This document shows positions 31,190 to 45,300 of a stretch of DNA of 64,000 nt, one piece after another; the first letter of the stretch is position 1, and every line of letters starts with the position of its first letter. The DNA lies in contig JACPQZ010000048.1 in assembly GCA_016190205.1 (NCBI GenBank), forward strand, positions 13,943 to 77,942. Reading direction: 5' to 3'. Under the pieces are notes generated by a model. That model was not told the origin of the DNA and made no database searches. It saw nothing but the letters and a program-made list of their open reading frames with translations. The DNA is from Candidatus Omnitrophota bacterium. GTDB lineage: Bacteria > Omnitrophota > JACPQZ01. Both the position numbers and the translations under genes were made by a program.

Positions 31190-32687
31190 GAAACGAGGCG
31201 GTCTTTGCCATGCCCATACGGCAGGCTTCCTGGCCATTCTGTACATTCTGACCGCCGCACCTGTTGCCTTTGCGTGGGAAGCGACGACCTTGATCAGTCA
31301 TGGCGATCCGGCCAACCGGATTGATCTCGTCATCGTGGGCGACGGTTATAGGACTCAAGATCTGGCGAAATATACGAGCGATGTCAACATGATTGTCGGG
31401 CGCTTTTTTAACCAGACTCCTTTATCCAATTATCAGAGCCATTTTAATGTCCATCGGGTGGATGTGTTCAGCAGAGAATCCGGCGTAGATCATCCTGAAT
31501 ACGGTATCTATAAAAATACCGCATTGGACTGCACCTTTAATTACCGTGGGATCAAACGGCTGGTTTACTGCAATAGCTCAAAGGCCTACACGGTGGCCCA
31601 GGACGCTCCCGCGGTGCCGGACATTACGCTTGTAATCGTCAATGACGCCGAGTACGGGGGAAGCGGGGGCTGGATACCCGTGAGCTCCATGCACGCAAGC
31701 GCAGTGGAAATTATTTTGCACGAGCTGGGCCACAGCTTTGCTCTATTGGCCGATGAGTACACCGATGCCTACATCGCCCGGAATCACCCTTTCCCAACCA
31801 CGGAGCCTTCGCGGGCAAATATCACGATTGAGACCGAGCGCACACGCATTAAGTGGAGGGCCTGGATCGCCCCCGAGACCCCGGTGCCGACAACCACGTG
31901 GCAGCCTGCGAGTACGCCGGGACTCTATGAGGGAGCCTGCTATCTTGCCCACGACATCTTCCGGCCGACGCCCAATTCAAAAATGAGATCGCTCGGCCGG
32001 CCCTACGAAGCGATCAATACGGAGCAGTTTATTAAGCAGGTATACAATAAAGTGGATCCTATTGACTGGGTCATGCCGCTCAAAACAGAACTTTCTACCG
32101 ATAGGGGGAGTTATCTCACATTTCGGGCGGGCGTCGTGCATCCGACATCGCATAGGTTGATCGTGTGGTGGTTTCTGGACAATAGGTTTGTGAGCTCTTA
32201 TCCATCCTATACGCTGCGGGCAAGTTCGGTCGCACCGGGAACGCACACGATACGGCTTATGGTGAAAGACCCGACGGGGCTCGTCCGAAACGACCCGGAA
32301 CGCTTGCTAAAAAGCGAGCGGGTTTGGACGGTTGATGTTGCGGCGGATACGGATATGTTGCCACCGCTCGGAGATTTGGCGCTTTCTGTGCAGGGCGTTT
32401 CGGCCCATCAAGTGAGCTTGAGCTGGCCCGACGTCACCGGAGAATCTTCCTATGAGCTTGAGCATAGCGTAAGTCCCGATTTTACAAAAGGCTTGGTACG
32501 CATGACAATTGGCGGTGATACCACATCTTTTCAGGATGATAACCTTACCGTTGGCACAACTTATTACTATCGTCTGCGGGCCTGTAATTCGGCGGGGTGC
32601 ACGGATTTTTCTCCGGCTGTTTCTGCCTCCACGCCTGTCGCGGCGCCTTTCTTTGTCGAACCTACCGTAATCCAAGTGTTTTGGTGA
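31170..32687 (+). CDS. Secreted M64-family (IgA-peptidase-like) zinc metallopeptidase with a C-terminal fibronectin type III domain
   Basis: Signal peptide, HELGHSF (HExxH) and an M64-like core. The C-terminal FN3 has the YYYRLRACNSAGCTDFS signature. Confidence 0.7.
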   Translation: MTRPSLEKRGGLCHAHTAGFLAILYILTAAPVAFAWEATTLISHGDPANRIDLVIVGDGYRTQDLAKYTSDVNMIVGRFFNQTPLSNYQSHFNVHRVDVFSRESGVDHPEYGIYKNTALDCTFNYRGIKRLVYCNSSKAYTVAQDAPAVPDITLVIVNDAEYGGSGGWIPVSSMHASAVEIILHELGHSFALLADEYTDAYIARNHPFPTTEPSRANITIETERTRIKWRAWIAPETPVPTTTWQPASTPGLYEGACYLAHDIFRPTPNSKMRSLGRPYEAINTEQFIKQVYNKVDPIDWVMPLKTELSTDRGSYLTFRAGVVHPTSHRLIVWWFLDNRFVSSYPSYTLRASSVAPGTHTIRLMVKDPTGLVRNDPERLLKSERVWTVDVAADTDMLPPLGDLALSVQGVSAHQVSLSWPDVTGESSYELEHSVSPDFTKGLVRMTIGGDTTSFQDDNLTVGTTYYYRLRACNSAGCTDFSPAVSASTPVAAPFFVEPTVIQVFW

Positions 32688-32835
32688 TGCGCGTCCACCC
32701 TTTTTCATGACACAATTGTAATGAAAATGTCACGCTCTCATCATAGGCGGTCTGCTAACCTTGTCTTAAGCAGAAAGTACACCTGGGCCCTGCGCGTGAT
32801 GATGCGCGGGCCTGAACGGAAAATGGAGGTGGAAA

Positions 32836-33195
32836 ATGAGCAGACTAAAAGAGATATGGTTAATGACCGCCCTGTTTGTCACAGGCACTTGCCTGACAAT
32901 TGTGAGCGGCGCGCTTGCTCAGGCAGACCTTCTGAGTATGTCGGGCGAGATCGTTGCGATTGACATTGCCTCGAAAACACTCTCTCTAAAAGGAGAGTCT
33001 TTTAACCAGGAGGAGTTTGTGTTCGAGGACAACGTCAAGGTCTTGCAAGGCGGAGATTCAGCCGCCTTGGAGGAACTCGCGCAAGGCGACCAGGTGACGG
33101 TCTGGTACCGCGAGGAGACAGATGGTCAGAAGGTGAGCGAGGCCATCGAAATCCAAGCGGCGGAAGGAGCCAGCCCGGAAGGCGGCAACTACTAA
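32836..33195 (+). CDS. Small secreted hypothetical protein
   Basis: Signal peptide. 119 aa. Confidence 0.5.
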   Translation: MSRLKEIWLMTALFVTGTCLTIVSGALAQADLLSMSGEIVAIDIASKTLSLKGESFNQEEFVFEDNVKVLQGGDSAALEELAQGDQVTVWYREETDGQKVSEAIEIQAAEGASPEGGNY

Positions 33196-33244
33196 AACAT
33201 ATGATTGGGTAGGCGTAGTCCCACAATAAAAGCAATGAAGAAAT

Positions 33245-33286
33245 GATGGCCTAGGGTTCGAAAATTCCCTAGGCCATCGTTTTTTA
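33245..33286 (+). terminator. Rho-independent terminator
   Basis: GATGGCCTAGGG-TTCGAAAATT-CCCTAGGCCATC followed by GTTTTTTAT. Confidence 0.75.
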
Positions 33287-33314
33287 TGTCGTAACTAGTC
33301 TGTATATTTGTAGT

Positions 33315-33362
33315 TATAGAAAAATAAAGTTATTGTCATTCTCCACTATTGTATGCTACAAT
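33315..33362 (+). promoter_or_regulatory. AT-rich candidate promoter of the giant ORF
   Basis: TTGTCA...TACAAT-like elements in an AT-rich tract, immediately upstream of 33388. Confidence 0.35.
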
Positions 33363-33387
33363 ATAGGCTATCTATAAACTCACCTAA

Positions 33388-36300
33388 ATGAATGTAAATA
33401 GCACCTATCTAGGACATTCAAAAAAGCGCCTTCGAGCGGTAGCCTGCCTTGTGCTGCAGGTTTTTATAACAACGGCCCTGCTTCCAGACTCTTACGCCCA
33501 AGATTACCTTGCCCCCTCCACGGTTTTTGGTCATCGAGGGTCCGCGGTGGACCAGCTTAAAACGCTCGCGGATATGTCGCGGGAAGAAGGTCGTGTTTCA
33601 GGCAAGCTTGAAAAGGCTGCAAATGGCCTCATGCTGGAGGCGGCTTACAAGTATGAGGGTGAAGAGCTCACGCGCGAGGAATTGGATAAGGCGCGTGGGG
33701 CACATGCTTTTATTTCTCGTCATGTAAAGGATGAAGCGGCGGAGGCGGAACGTGACGATTCCGAAGGAGTTGCCTCATCGGGCGACGGCCTTTCGGACCC
33801 TTCCCAGACGCCCGACTATCACTTGTCGGGGCCGGGAACCTATTTCGGCAAGGGGGATGTCCGCGAGCAGTTGGTCGATCCCTATCTGGACCGCGTCGTG
33901 AAAGATCCCGCCACGATCGTTATCCGGGAGGGGCAAGTAGTGCATGGACCTCTGGGGAAGGTTGAGCGCGGCCGGTATGAAGCAAAGTTCCGTGACCTGG
34001 AGAAGTTCCTGGGCTCGTCGCTGAAAGGTGTAGATTTCATCATCGTGGACAGCGAGAAGGCGAAGGGAGATTATGTGCGCAGTTCGGGAAAGGGCAGAAG
34101 ATACGTTCCGGCCAACGATGGAGATCGCGGCGCGATTCCGGTGACAAGGGATTATTACCACCTCCTTGAAAAGCCGGAAGACGGCTACGGCGAGCATGAC
34201 TTTCTCATTACGCAGGCCAGGCGCCATGCGCAGACGGGGAGGGAGCAGGTTTTCCTGAGCCGGCGGCTTTTTGAGGATATCCCGGCCTTTAGCCTGGTTC
34301 GCCACATCATCCGCAGTGCTTATCATCACGCCTTGATCCGCAGACCTGTCCCCAGTTATCGCACAGAATCTGTGGTTCGCCTCTTGGACGGTTGGACCCA
34401 GTTTCGGATGGATGAGCGCCGGCGCCGTCCCAATGTGATCCGGGCGATTGAAAATGAGATCGACCGGTTTGAGGATATCATTTTCGTTTTTCTGGGTGAG
34501 CGACCTAGGACTCAAGCGGAGCGCAGGGAGATCATCGCCCGAAATGAGGACCGCATTGCCGAGGCGCGCGCCTTTGCGGGCCGCCTCATGACAACCAACA
34601 CCTGGGTAGGAGAACTTAATGAGCCTCTGGGGCATTTGGGTACGCCTCTTATAGATGTCGACACAGGCAAAGAGACGGGGGAGGTCGTCTATCTGGTTGA
34701 AAACCGTGAGCCGGGCAAGGCCACACGCACCCAGCTCTTATACCGCCGCGGGGGAGAGGGCCCCCTCATTCAGATTATGCGGGACAACTGGTTTTTGCAC
34801 GGGGGCGAGTTCGATCCCCAGAAAAGGTATGGGTATTCCCAGCCTGAAATTTATGCCTTAAAAGAGCGCATCCTGGCTTCACCGCTCTTTATGCCCCGTC
34901 CCGAGCAGAAAGGCACGCCGGCGCACCAGCGCATCTTAAGAAGAAGGGTCGCCCGGGCGGATTGGTGGGGGGATGTCAGCGAATCCTTGAGCGGCGAGAT
35001 CAGCCGCTTGGATAAGAAAATCGAAGGCGAGCGGTTCGGCGCTCACGCCGTCTACGTGTTTGGCGAACGACTCACACGGAGGACGACCAGCGGTGTTCAG
35101 GGCCTCGGATTTGTTGAGGTGGATCTGGCGAAGGGCTCGCGCGAGCTCGTACTCTTTGACGCGGCAAGATTGGATACGATCGAGCAGACCTCTTTTCCCA
35201 TCAGGGCGCTGGATTACGTGCTGGACCAGTTCAAGGCGGCAGAGACCCTGGTCGTGCGACCTAGACGCGGTCTTGAGGTTCTGCAAGGTGCTGTGGATGA
35301 GCTCGTTCGTTCCGGAAGGCTCGCTCCAGAGTATGAAAAACGGGAAGCAAAGGCCAAGCTGGTCCGTTATAAAATCGTTAAGGAGGTGCCTGTCCCGGCA
35401 GCCATTTTTACACGCATCGCCAGACGCATTGAGACCATGATCGGCCGGTACGTTATCCTCGTGGGTGGCGGGACAGGGGCGGGCAAGACCCGGGGAACGA
35501 GCGAGATCGAGGCGATCGAGGAGGAGCTTAAGAATCGTCATCTGCCCCGCGCGCACAATGTCACGAAGGTGGATATAACGGATTATATAAGAAAGAAGGC
35601 GGAGAGGGATGGTCTCTATTTCAGGGGAAGACCCGACAATGGCTCCCCCCGAGCCTTTTACATCGATCTGCTCGTCGAGCAGATCCAGACGCTTCTTGAA
35701 GGGCGCGCCGTTCATCTTCCCGCGCGGGGGCAGGGCATCGTCAATACAAGCGGCGAGAACAGGGCCAGCTTCGGCCAGGATGACATCCTGGTCATCCTGG
35801 GCATTTATTCCATGTTGGAGGATGTGTTGTGGGCCATCAATGAGGTAAATGAGGCGCCGAAAGATCTGGAGTTCGAAAGCCTTGCCCCGCAGCTCATCGA
35901 GGCCCCCTATATCGATGAAAAGCCCCTGGATGACGGGCGCTTTTTGAATGTGCTCCGGGTGTTTCTGGATGTCGATCCGGACATCCGGCTCCTGCGCAAG
36001 ATAGGGCGCGATTACCGTGAGCGTGAGGCGAGCCCGCTGGACAGCATACGGCGCTGGGGCTATATCCGCCTCATTGAGGACGACCACATTCTGCCGCAGG
36101 CGCGGCACGCCGAATTTATCATCGAAAACGTGCGCGAAAATGAGCTGGAAATTTTAGCGCAAGACAGCGAAGAAGGAGCGCTCCGGTACCTGCGTGTGGC
36201 CTACGAGGAGGCCCTGGAGGAAGCCGGCGGGAATCCCGACCGGGTCGACGCCTGGGATATCGGGAACATCCGCCGTCTTTATGACGTCTTGGGGGTAAAT

Positions 36301-39300
36301 TTTGAGGGGGATATCGGGGAGCCGTCCAAACTGCCCCGACATTTACGCGACGGGCTCGCGCGGGGAGATGGCATCCAAACTGCGCTTCCGGACTTAGGGC
36401 ACCCGTCTCCGAAGGAACTGGCCGCGCGGACCAAGTCGGTGCGCAGGCTTCTTGACGAGACGGGGATTAAGCTGGATCAGGCCGTGCGTGAGAAGCTCGA
36501 ATCGAGTCTCGCGCAACGCTACCTGGGCGTTGTTGTCGGTGAAGACATTTTGCGGGAATTTTTGGCCGAGTTTAAAACAAGGGCCGATAGAGAGAAATGG
36601 GTTGTGAACCTTTTTTCCATAGAATCCTTTCTTCAGAACCGCATCCTATCTTATTACCTTGAACACGCGGACGAGATCCTCCGAGGGCAAGGTGATAGGG
36701 GGATCGTGGCTTCGATTGACGTTTATCTGCTGCCCAAAACATACACCGCCAACCGCCGCTTGGATCGCAAGAAACTGATCCGCCGCATGGTTTTTCTAAA
36801 CGTGATGAGTATGGCGTCGACCGGAGACAAGCGGCTCGGCAGCATATCGTGTCAGGGGCTTGCCCAACTGGTTTTTCCCAGTACGAACGAGCACGTTTAC
36901 GGACCGGCGCTTGAAGTGATGGTCGAGATGCTGGCGGCCTTTAATAATACGCAGAGGGTTCAGTTTTGGGAGGGATTCAAGCCCCTCCTTCAGGATGCCG
37001 CCGAGCTTCCCCGCTTTGGCCGCGCCCTCATGAGACTTGCCCCACGCATCGTGCGCGGTGAGATCGAGAGGGTCAGCCGCACGATGCTCTCTCAAGCCGA
37101 CTTTTTGGAGGGATATAGACACACGCTGGAGTACGTCGCGGCACTTTCCACCCCCGTCCGGGACGAGATGATCGAGCATGCCGTAACGCTTGCCCAATCG
37201 AAAGATCAGGATCAGGCGGTCATCGAATTCTTAAGGCAGACGGTTAAGGATTTGGAAAAAATCGGCCCGGTTACTCCGAAACTTCTTCAGCAGATGAAGC
37301 GGCGGGGCGAAAGGATAACAGCGGTCACCGTGAGCGGCGAACGGGACGGCCGCTCGGTGGATGAAAAGGGTATGCCGGTGGCCCTCGTGGCTGATTCGGA
37401 GGTCGCCTTTGAAGAACAGCTCACCTCTTCAAAGGACGTGACGATTCGTATGATGCTGCCCCGTGTAAAGGAGTCGAGCCGCGGTATAAAGCGCGCGCTC
37501 CTCGTAGCCGACATGCCGTACGGCACTTATCAGACCGGGCCTCAGGCGCTCAAAAACGCGCAGCTTTTCATAGAGAACGGCGCGCGGGCTGTAGAGATCG
37601 AAGGAGGCCGTGAGGCGGTTTCTGCCATCGGGGCCGTGGTCGAGGCTGGAATTCCCGTTATGGGTCACATCGGTTTTACTCCGCACACGAAGAGCGAGGC
37701 AAGAATCTACGGGGCGACGCCCCAGGAGCGGAGCGAGCTCTTGCTGGATGCCCTCGCGCTTGAGAAGGCAGGAGCTTTTGCGCTCGTCCTTGAGCGCGTA
37801 CATCCTGATACTGTGAGGGCCATCAGGGGCGCGGTTTCGGTTCCCCTCCTAGGTGTTGCCTCTGGAAATTATATAGACGGCCAGGTGATACGGTTGCTGG
37901 ATCTTCAGGCGGTACGGGGAGACGGGGTCGAAGAGCCGGGCCAAGGGATTCAGGAAGCTGAATTTTTCGAGAGGCTTGCCAAAAGCCGCGGGTCCTGGCT
38001 TCCGGAACCTGTCAAGCGCCAGGATGGCACGGTCGAGCGCGTGGATGATCGCCACCGCGTCATCTGGGCGACCGTTCCTCACCGTGAGGGCCCCCTGGAG
38101 GTCATTTTTGTGAGAGAGGAGAAGGACCCGGACGGGCGCACGGTTCTTGTTTATGAGGTCTGGCAGGGCGGCCGGAGGATTGATCTTTTAAGCGAGGAAG
38201 GCCTGCGCCGCGAGTTCCGGTGGGGGGTTGTCAGGAGTGAATTCGGAGAGGCCCAGGAAGTGTTTATGCATCCAATCAAGCTCGAAGAGGACGCCCGTCA
38301 CATGGGCATCGGGTTCGCGCTCGTGCAGTGGTCGTCGAACCGCGCCTTCGAGATCGGGGCGCCGCGCTTCACGGCTTCCGCGCTTTTCAATCCCAATATG
38401 CAGCCGCTCCTTGCCCGTGTGCTGGAACCGGGCAGTGTGAATATCACGGTCGTACGCGAGGACTGGAAGAAGCCGCTTACGGTCGCGACGCCGGAAGAGT
38501 TTTGGATTGCAGTGGGAGAGGTTCGTGTAGAGGGGGGTTATGGGGTACATTTTGAAGTGGACAAGGCCAGCCCGGGAGGGCTTAAAGTTACTACCAACGT
38601 GCCCGGGTTACACGATGCCGAAAACCGTCCTATCTCATTCATGGACGGGGAGCGATTGCGAAGTACTGTGGAGGTAGACGGTTATGCCTTGCGGGTGTTG
38701 GATCCCGTTGAAAAAGATGAGAGTGGACGACCCCGCTATCATTCCACCCGTTATTCGGAGGGTGTTTTAGTCTATTTTTCAGGACGGCCGGTGAGGGTGA
38801 TCCGGCAGAGGATCTTCAACGCGGCCTCCAACAAAATTTGGACCCCCGTGGCCGCGGCCGCTATTAAGTGGGTTGCGGGCCGCACGGAGCTTGGGGCCGT
38901 ACCCCTCGTCCCGCCCTGGGCAAGCGCCCGCCAGGCCAAACTCATCCTGCGGGAGGAGGTCATTCATTTTCAGGAGGCCATGGATCAGGTGGTCGCGCGC
39001 ATCAAAGACCACCGCCATGAAGGGGAGCCTTTCCACTGGTTGAGGGAACTCGCTCGAGATGCGATGTCCAGAATCAGATCTGACTCTCAAGAGAGGGTGC
39101 TTAGAATGCTGGATGAACTAAGAGACGCCACCACCCGCCAGCTTCAGATTGCGCGCGTCCCTGCCCACTGGATTTTCAGGTCTTTGGTCCGCAGGAGGCT
39201 GGAAGGAGGACTTAGGGCGCAGGATCCCGAGGTGGCGCAGGCACTCGAGGAGATAGCCAACGAAGTGACGGAGCGGATCCTCCACCGTTTTGACTTGGCC

Positions 39301-42300
39301 GAACCGGGGGCTTCGGAGAAAGAAGTGGGGGAAGCCGTCACAACCGAAATCAGGCGGGCAGAGAGGGTTTTTGCCGAGATGCGCCGTCGGAGCGAAAAGG
39401 CCGCGGAGGAAGCAAAGATAAGGGGGGATTCTACGGAGGCTTTCTACATCGGGATGACGGGCAACTATCTCGACGATATCGAGAAAGTGCTTAAGACACT
39501 CGTTAGAACAGAGAAAAAGCGAGCGAACTACTTGTTGGACGTTTTCTTTGAACCCTCCAGGCTGGTTCAGGTTCCCGAGGCAGAGGTAAAAACTCTTAGC
39601 GAGACGCAACAAGTGCTGCGCGATTTCCATATCAAGAAGCAGGCTTCGGCTATGAGCCAGGCGGCACCGGACATCGAGTTTCTTTTAACGACTCTTGTCA
39701 TGAGAATGGCCGGGAGCACATCCTTGAGTTATAAGGGAATCTCCAAGGACGAGCTTAAGATAAGCGTCGAAGACGAGGTGGTTCGTTTTGAGGAGGCCTA
39801 CCAGCCGATCCAAAAGATTGTGTCAGAGGGCTTGGCCGGGCGGGAGTGGGCCGATTTCGAAGGCAGCATCGCCTCGGAGTGGAAGGCGCTTTTGGGACCC
39901 GATCTTGAGAAGATTTTTGCGCAAGTGTCCCGGGGCGAGGAGGGCAGTGTCGTGAAGTTTGCCCTGGAGGCCCCCGGCAGGATTCTGGAGCGCATACGCG
40001 GCACGGACAGCTCCACGGCCGAGCAGGCCATGTACGACGTCGTGGAGGAATGGCTGGGCGGGGGCAGTCGTAATGCCGAGGAGGTCGCTGCGGTGGAGAC
40101 CATCGCCCGCTTTCTCATGTATCAGATGGAGGCAATACCCTCGCGGGATCCGGCATGGCTGCGTGAACCCAGGATCATGGTGGTAGACGGGTTGTTTGAC
40201 GTACGCGCGGCTGACGAGAAGATCGGAGCGTACAACGTGGTGGGATTCGCGTTCACGGAAGGGACCTCCAAATCCCATGTCTCCGATGTGTTGGCAGGCA
40301 GGAATATCCCGGTCATGACCGGTATTCCAAAAGAGTTGGTGGCCTTGATTCAGGGGGGCGAGAGAGTGATCCTGGATCCCATCCGCGGTGAGATAGTTCT
40401 CAATCCGGATGATGAAGGGGGGGAAATGAAGCGCCGGTCAAACCCAGAGCTTTTGAGGCGTGCCTGGGAAACCCGTTTCGACCCCGTCGTCACGCAGGAT
40501 GGAAAGACATTTAGAGTGTATGCCAATGTGAACGGGCTGGAAAACATCCAGGACCTCAAAGAGTGCGGCGCGGAGGGCGTGGGCCTGGTGCGTACCGAGT
40601 ATTGGTATCAGAATCCCGTGAAAAGGCGTACGGAAGAAGAGCTTGAGAAAGGGTTCCTGGAGCTTGCGGATGCCGTTCCGGGACCGGTCACGATCCGACT
40701 TTTGGACCGTGCTACCGACAAGGCTACGCCTGCGCTTAAGTCAGAAAAGGCGCTCTACGGCCTGCGTTACTTATTGGATGATCCGGAAGGACAGGAGGTT
40801 GCCCGGGAAGAGATGCGGGCTGCGGTGCGGGCGAATCTTAGGTCCGCCCGGAAAAATATCCGGATCATGGTTCCCATGGTCGCTACCCAGGAGGATGGAG
40901 AGCGCATCCAGTCGGTGTGGAAATCGGTGATAGTAGGGCTTCGTGATAAGGGTGCTTTGAGCGAGGACGACGTGGTTCCTCCGTTCGGTTACATGATCGA
41001 GCTTAGGAGCGCAGTGGCACTCGTTAAGACCCTCGCCCGGCAGGCGGATTTTTTCAGCATCGGACAGAATGACCTCGTCAAGTCATGGTTTAACGTGAGC
41101 CGTGACGAACCCCTGCACCGGCGCTACTTCGATCTCCTGCATCCGGAGATCTTGGAGGCCGATTCCGAAATTGCGGGTTCGAAGGAGGATTGTTCCTTGT
41201 GCGGCGCGAGCGCCCGCGACCCCGAGTTTTCGCTCTTCCAGGCTGTGCTGAAGTCTCAAGGCGTGAACCTGGATTCGAGCGTGGCTGTGCCAGGAGTTCC
41301 GATTACTAAGTTCGCGCTTCGGTCCATGCATACAGGCGAAGCCGCGCGGCTTTTTGAGCGTTGGCTCTCCGAGGAAAAGGATCCGGCCGAGCTCACCCGG
41401 CTCGCGCGGGAAGCGGCCGACCGTTTCATTGCCGCGGCCCTGGGAAAAGAGCCTGCCGGCGAGGGCGCGCCGGAGGGAGAGGGGGACGGAGTCGCGGGTG
41501 ATGGCGTAGCGGAGTGGAGCGGCAAGGCCAGGGGGGACGCGGTTTATGATCCTGTTCGTAATAGCGTCCGTTTTGAGCGGACGGGCGATAAGACGTGGAT
41601 TGAAACAGACCGCTCCGAGCTTATCGGAAAGACCTTTGTAACGGTAGGAATGGAGCATCTTAATCCGCATTTTAAGTATATCGATGCCGTTACTGCGAAT
41701 GCGAAAGGAGGTTTAGCTGCCCACGCGCTTGCCAAGCTTCAGGGGTGGAGCGAAATTGGTCTTTCGAAGAATGGGTCCTACGGAATATTTCCTCTTTATG
41801 CGTCTCCTGATCTGCGTCAGGAAGACAGAAAACCTCTCATTCACACTGTGTCCTATGTGGGAGAACCTGTCGAACAGGTCATCGATGTCAATGGCAAGCC
41901 TCTTTTCATCAAGGTCTATGGAGCTGGGGTTGGCGGGAACTTTAGGGAGAATATCCCCTATAATGTGGGGGTGATGTACACCCGGATCGCGGGAACCGAC
42001 GTGTTTTACTTGTACAACGGATCCGTTTTCAATTACCTCTACGATGCACCGCTGCTCAAAGTTCACCAGAACAGGCAGAATCGCTTTAACCAAGAGGCCA
42101 TCTTTGCCAAGGCGGCCCACCTTTTAATGAAAATATTGGCTAAAGAGGATCCCCACATCGTAGATCCCAAATTCAAAAGGTCCCTTCCGGCGCTATTGCA
42201 TTTTAACGAGGCGCACACGGCGCCCCTGGCCGAGATGGTGAGCCAAGATCCTGAAATGAGCGGTGTGGCCCTCGTGGGCACCAACCACACCATCGTAGAC

Positions 42301-45300
42301 GCCGGGCTTGAGCGGTATGAATTGGACAAACTTTGGTGGGGCTTTAAGCGAGCGTTCTTTGTATTGGGTACGGCCGAGGAGCATCACTACAAATATATCG
42401 TGGGAGACCGCATAGATTTCTCGAAGCCTTTTACGACGCTGTTGCACAAGATTAACGGTGTTTCTGAAGAGCACGGGGGTTTAACGCGCGAGCTTTACCG
42501 GAGGGCGTTGGGAGTAGATGTGGACGTAGCATCCGTCCTAAATGGTGTGAGTGATTTTAGGCGTATCCCCCAGCTCGTGCAGATGGAGCGTGAAGGCAAA
42601 GAGATTACCCCGCAAGTGTTGCTGAATCTCCACAAACAGGCGAAGCGGGAGGCGGTCGAGGATATTTTCCGAAGGACTGGTGTCAGGCTTGATGTTAACG
42701 AGCCCATTGTGGGTCTGGTGCGTCGCATCACTCCCTACAAGGGTCAGTACGATATACTTCGTTGGCTCGTGGATGTGATGACCGCACCGCGCGACCAGAC
42801 GTTTACTCCTGATAGCCTGTGGAGGGTATGGTCAGAAAAAACGATTGGACGTGAATTGGATAATCCTTCGAGCAATCTCCACGCAATTGGCAAGACCGTG
42901 CAACATCATCTTTTCAAAGATCGCCAGGAGATTCGCGGCCTGGGGTTACAGGTTGTGGTAGGGGGACCCGAGTATGAGGAGAGCTGGGTGCGGATCTTTA
43001 AGTCCTGGTCGCGTGAGGGTTCGCACCTTTATGGGAGATTCGTGTATGTACCCCAAGCTGATCACAAGCTCCTGGTCACCCAGGCCACAGGCTTTGAAGT
43101 TACGGCGGAAACCCCCTGGCCCAAACAGGAGGCTGCGGGGACGTCCGGCGACGATTCGAGTGGAAACGGTCATATCAGCGTGGCCTCTGCGCCCGGCACC
43201 GTGGAGCGCGCGATCAACGAGCTGGAATATCCTGGCGAGGGTACAGCTTACACCCTGGACGGCGCCAGGCTCTATGAAACCCCTGCCGATTTTTTAAGTA
43301 AGGCGCCGGCCGATTTTTTTGGGGTCTTTGAGGACACCTCGAACAAATGGTACGGGCACCTCGAGGTGGCGGCCCAGGGCGTTTCCGAAACGGAGACGGA
43401 TTATGCGATGCTCGTATGGAGGTCGTACCTGGGGTTCCATGGACTTTTGGAGGGAACAAAGGCGGCGACAGCCGAGAGGATGGAACGGGATTACGTGGAC
43501 CGGGTCTACCTCCCGGCGCTTAAGGAAGTGGAGCGATTGAAAGGGGTCCCCGGCTCGCAGGGCGATGGGGTTCAGGAAGACGGGATCAAGTCCGCATTGA
43601 CAGTCCCGCTCCACGAACTCAATGAGCGATTGACCCGGGAGATTGAGGGCGTGAAGGGCGACGGAGTAGACTCTATCCTCGCGGAACCTCTGCACGATCT
43701 GCGGGCGCGGCTTGAGCAGGAGTTGCAAGGAGTACCTGATGCATCGCCGGCGGCCGAGCAGAATGATAATGTTGCGCGTCAGAAGCTGGGATCCTGGTTA
43801 CGGAGAATCTGGCTCCGCGAATCCCGATGGATCTGGAGGCAAAATTCCCATCTGCCCATCCGTGTGCGCATGGCGCTCGCTACGGAGCTTTTGGATCGCC
43901 TCTTTGGCGCCATTTATGAGGCGACGCAGAAGCGGTTTGGAGAAAAGGCCAGCGAGATGGCCATTGTGGCCAGAGGAAGTTATGCGCGTTCCGAAATCAT
44001 GCCGGGCTCCGACATAGACGTCAGATTGCTGGTTCCCCACATCGATGTCGAAGATTTGAAGCGGGTGGAAGAGGAAGGCGGGCTGCCTGAAAAACATCTG
44101 GATTGTCACTTTTTTGCCGGGGTGATGAACAGTTCTTTCCCGAAAGCCGCGCTGCTCTTCAGTACTGTGGACGACGTAGTCCCTTGGGCGGGCGACGATG
44201 CGAAACAACAAGACAACGGTTATCTGGAAGCCTGTCTGGTGACAGGGAGCAGGGCGCTCTGGCAGAGGTGGCGCTCCGGCACAGTCGAGGCGCTTCAGTC
44301 TAGAGATACTTGGAAACTCCATGTGAGAGGAGTTCGGTCATCGTGGGATGAGCGGTACCGAAAGGCGCGGTTTTTAGAAGGGCTGCACCTGCGTCAGCCT
44401 GACCTCAAGGATGGTCTCGGCGGGCTTCGTGATTACCACTACGCTTACTGGCTGGGCTTGGGCGCTCTTGTCTTCCATGCGAATGACTTGGGATCGCTGG
44501 CAGAGAAGGAAGTCATTCGTGATGAGGAGGTGTGGCGGTTCTTAATCGATAGGAGTGTGGTCCGGTCCAGTGAAGTCGACAAGGTAAAAGAGGCTTACCT
44601 TGTGCTTCTTCGCATTCGGGCAGTCTTAAATCAGATCCATCCCGATTCGACCATCATGAATGTGGTGGACTACGAATGGGTCGCGCGCCAGCTCGGATAC
44701 CGGGATGGTCCTCGGGTGGATGTGGAACGGTTCTTAAGGGATTTCAGGAAAAGTCAGGAAACCGTATTTCATTTCGCCTATCGCGTGGTAAGACTGATCG
44801 GGGAGATGGCGGATCCTCCCCATGTGGTGACCGAAAACCGGGTGGGAGTTCCCAAGGGCATAAAATCCGTGCAGGTCGATGGATCGCTTTTGTCCTTCGG
44901 ACATGGCGTGCGTACCATGCGTCAAACGGTCCTCGAGATCGACGAGAAGATTGAAGGCCCTCGGGACATTGCGGTGACCCTCTTCGATGCCTTGCGCTAC
45001 GTATCGCGGCACCCTACCGCAGTTTTAAATGGGGCGTTCGTCGACGCCCTGGAATCACAGATCGCCGCGGGCGGTCCCGATAAGGCACGCCTTCAGCGCG
45101 AGTTTGGGAAATTTCTGGATTTCACCGAGGGGCCTATTTCCTATGGACTGCGTAATCTGCGGTTTTTAAGGATATCTGAAGACCCGGGCGGCATGCTTGC
45201 CGATATTCTTCCCTTTAATCATGACCTCGTTTATCCCATGCGGCTTGAGCCCCCCCATCGCTTGACGCTGGATATGTACCTTTTGAGAAACCTGGACGTA

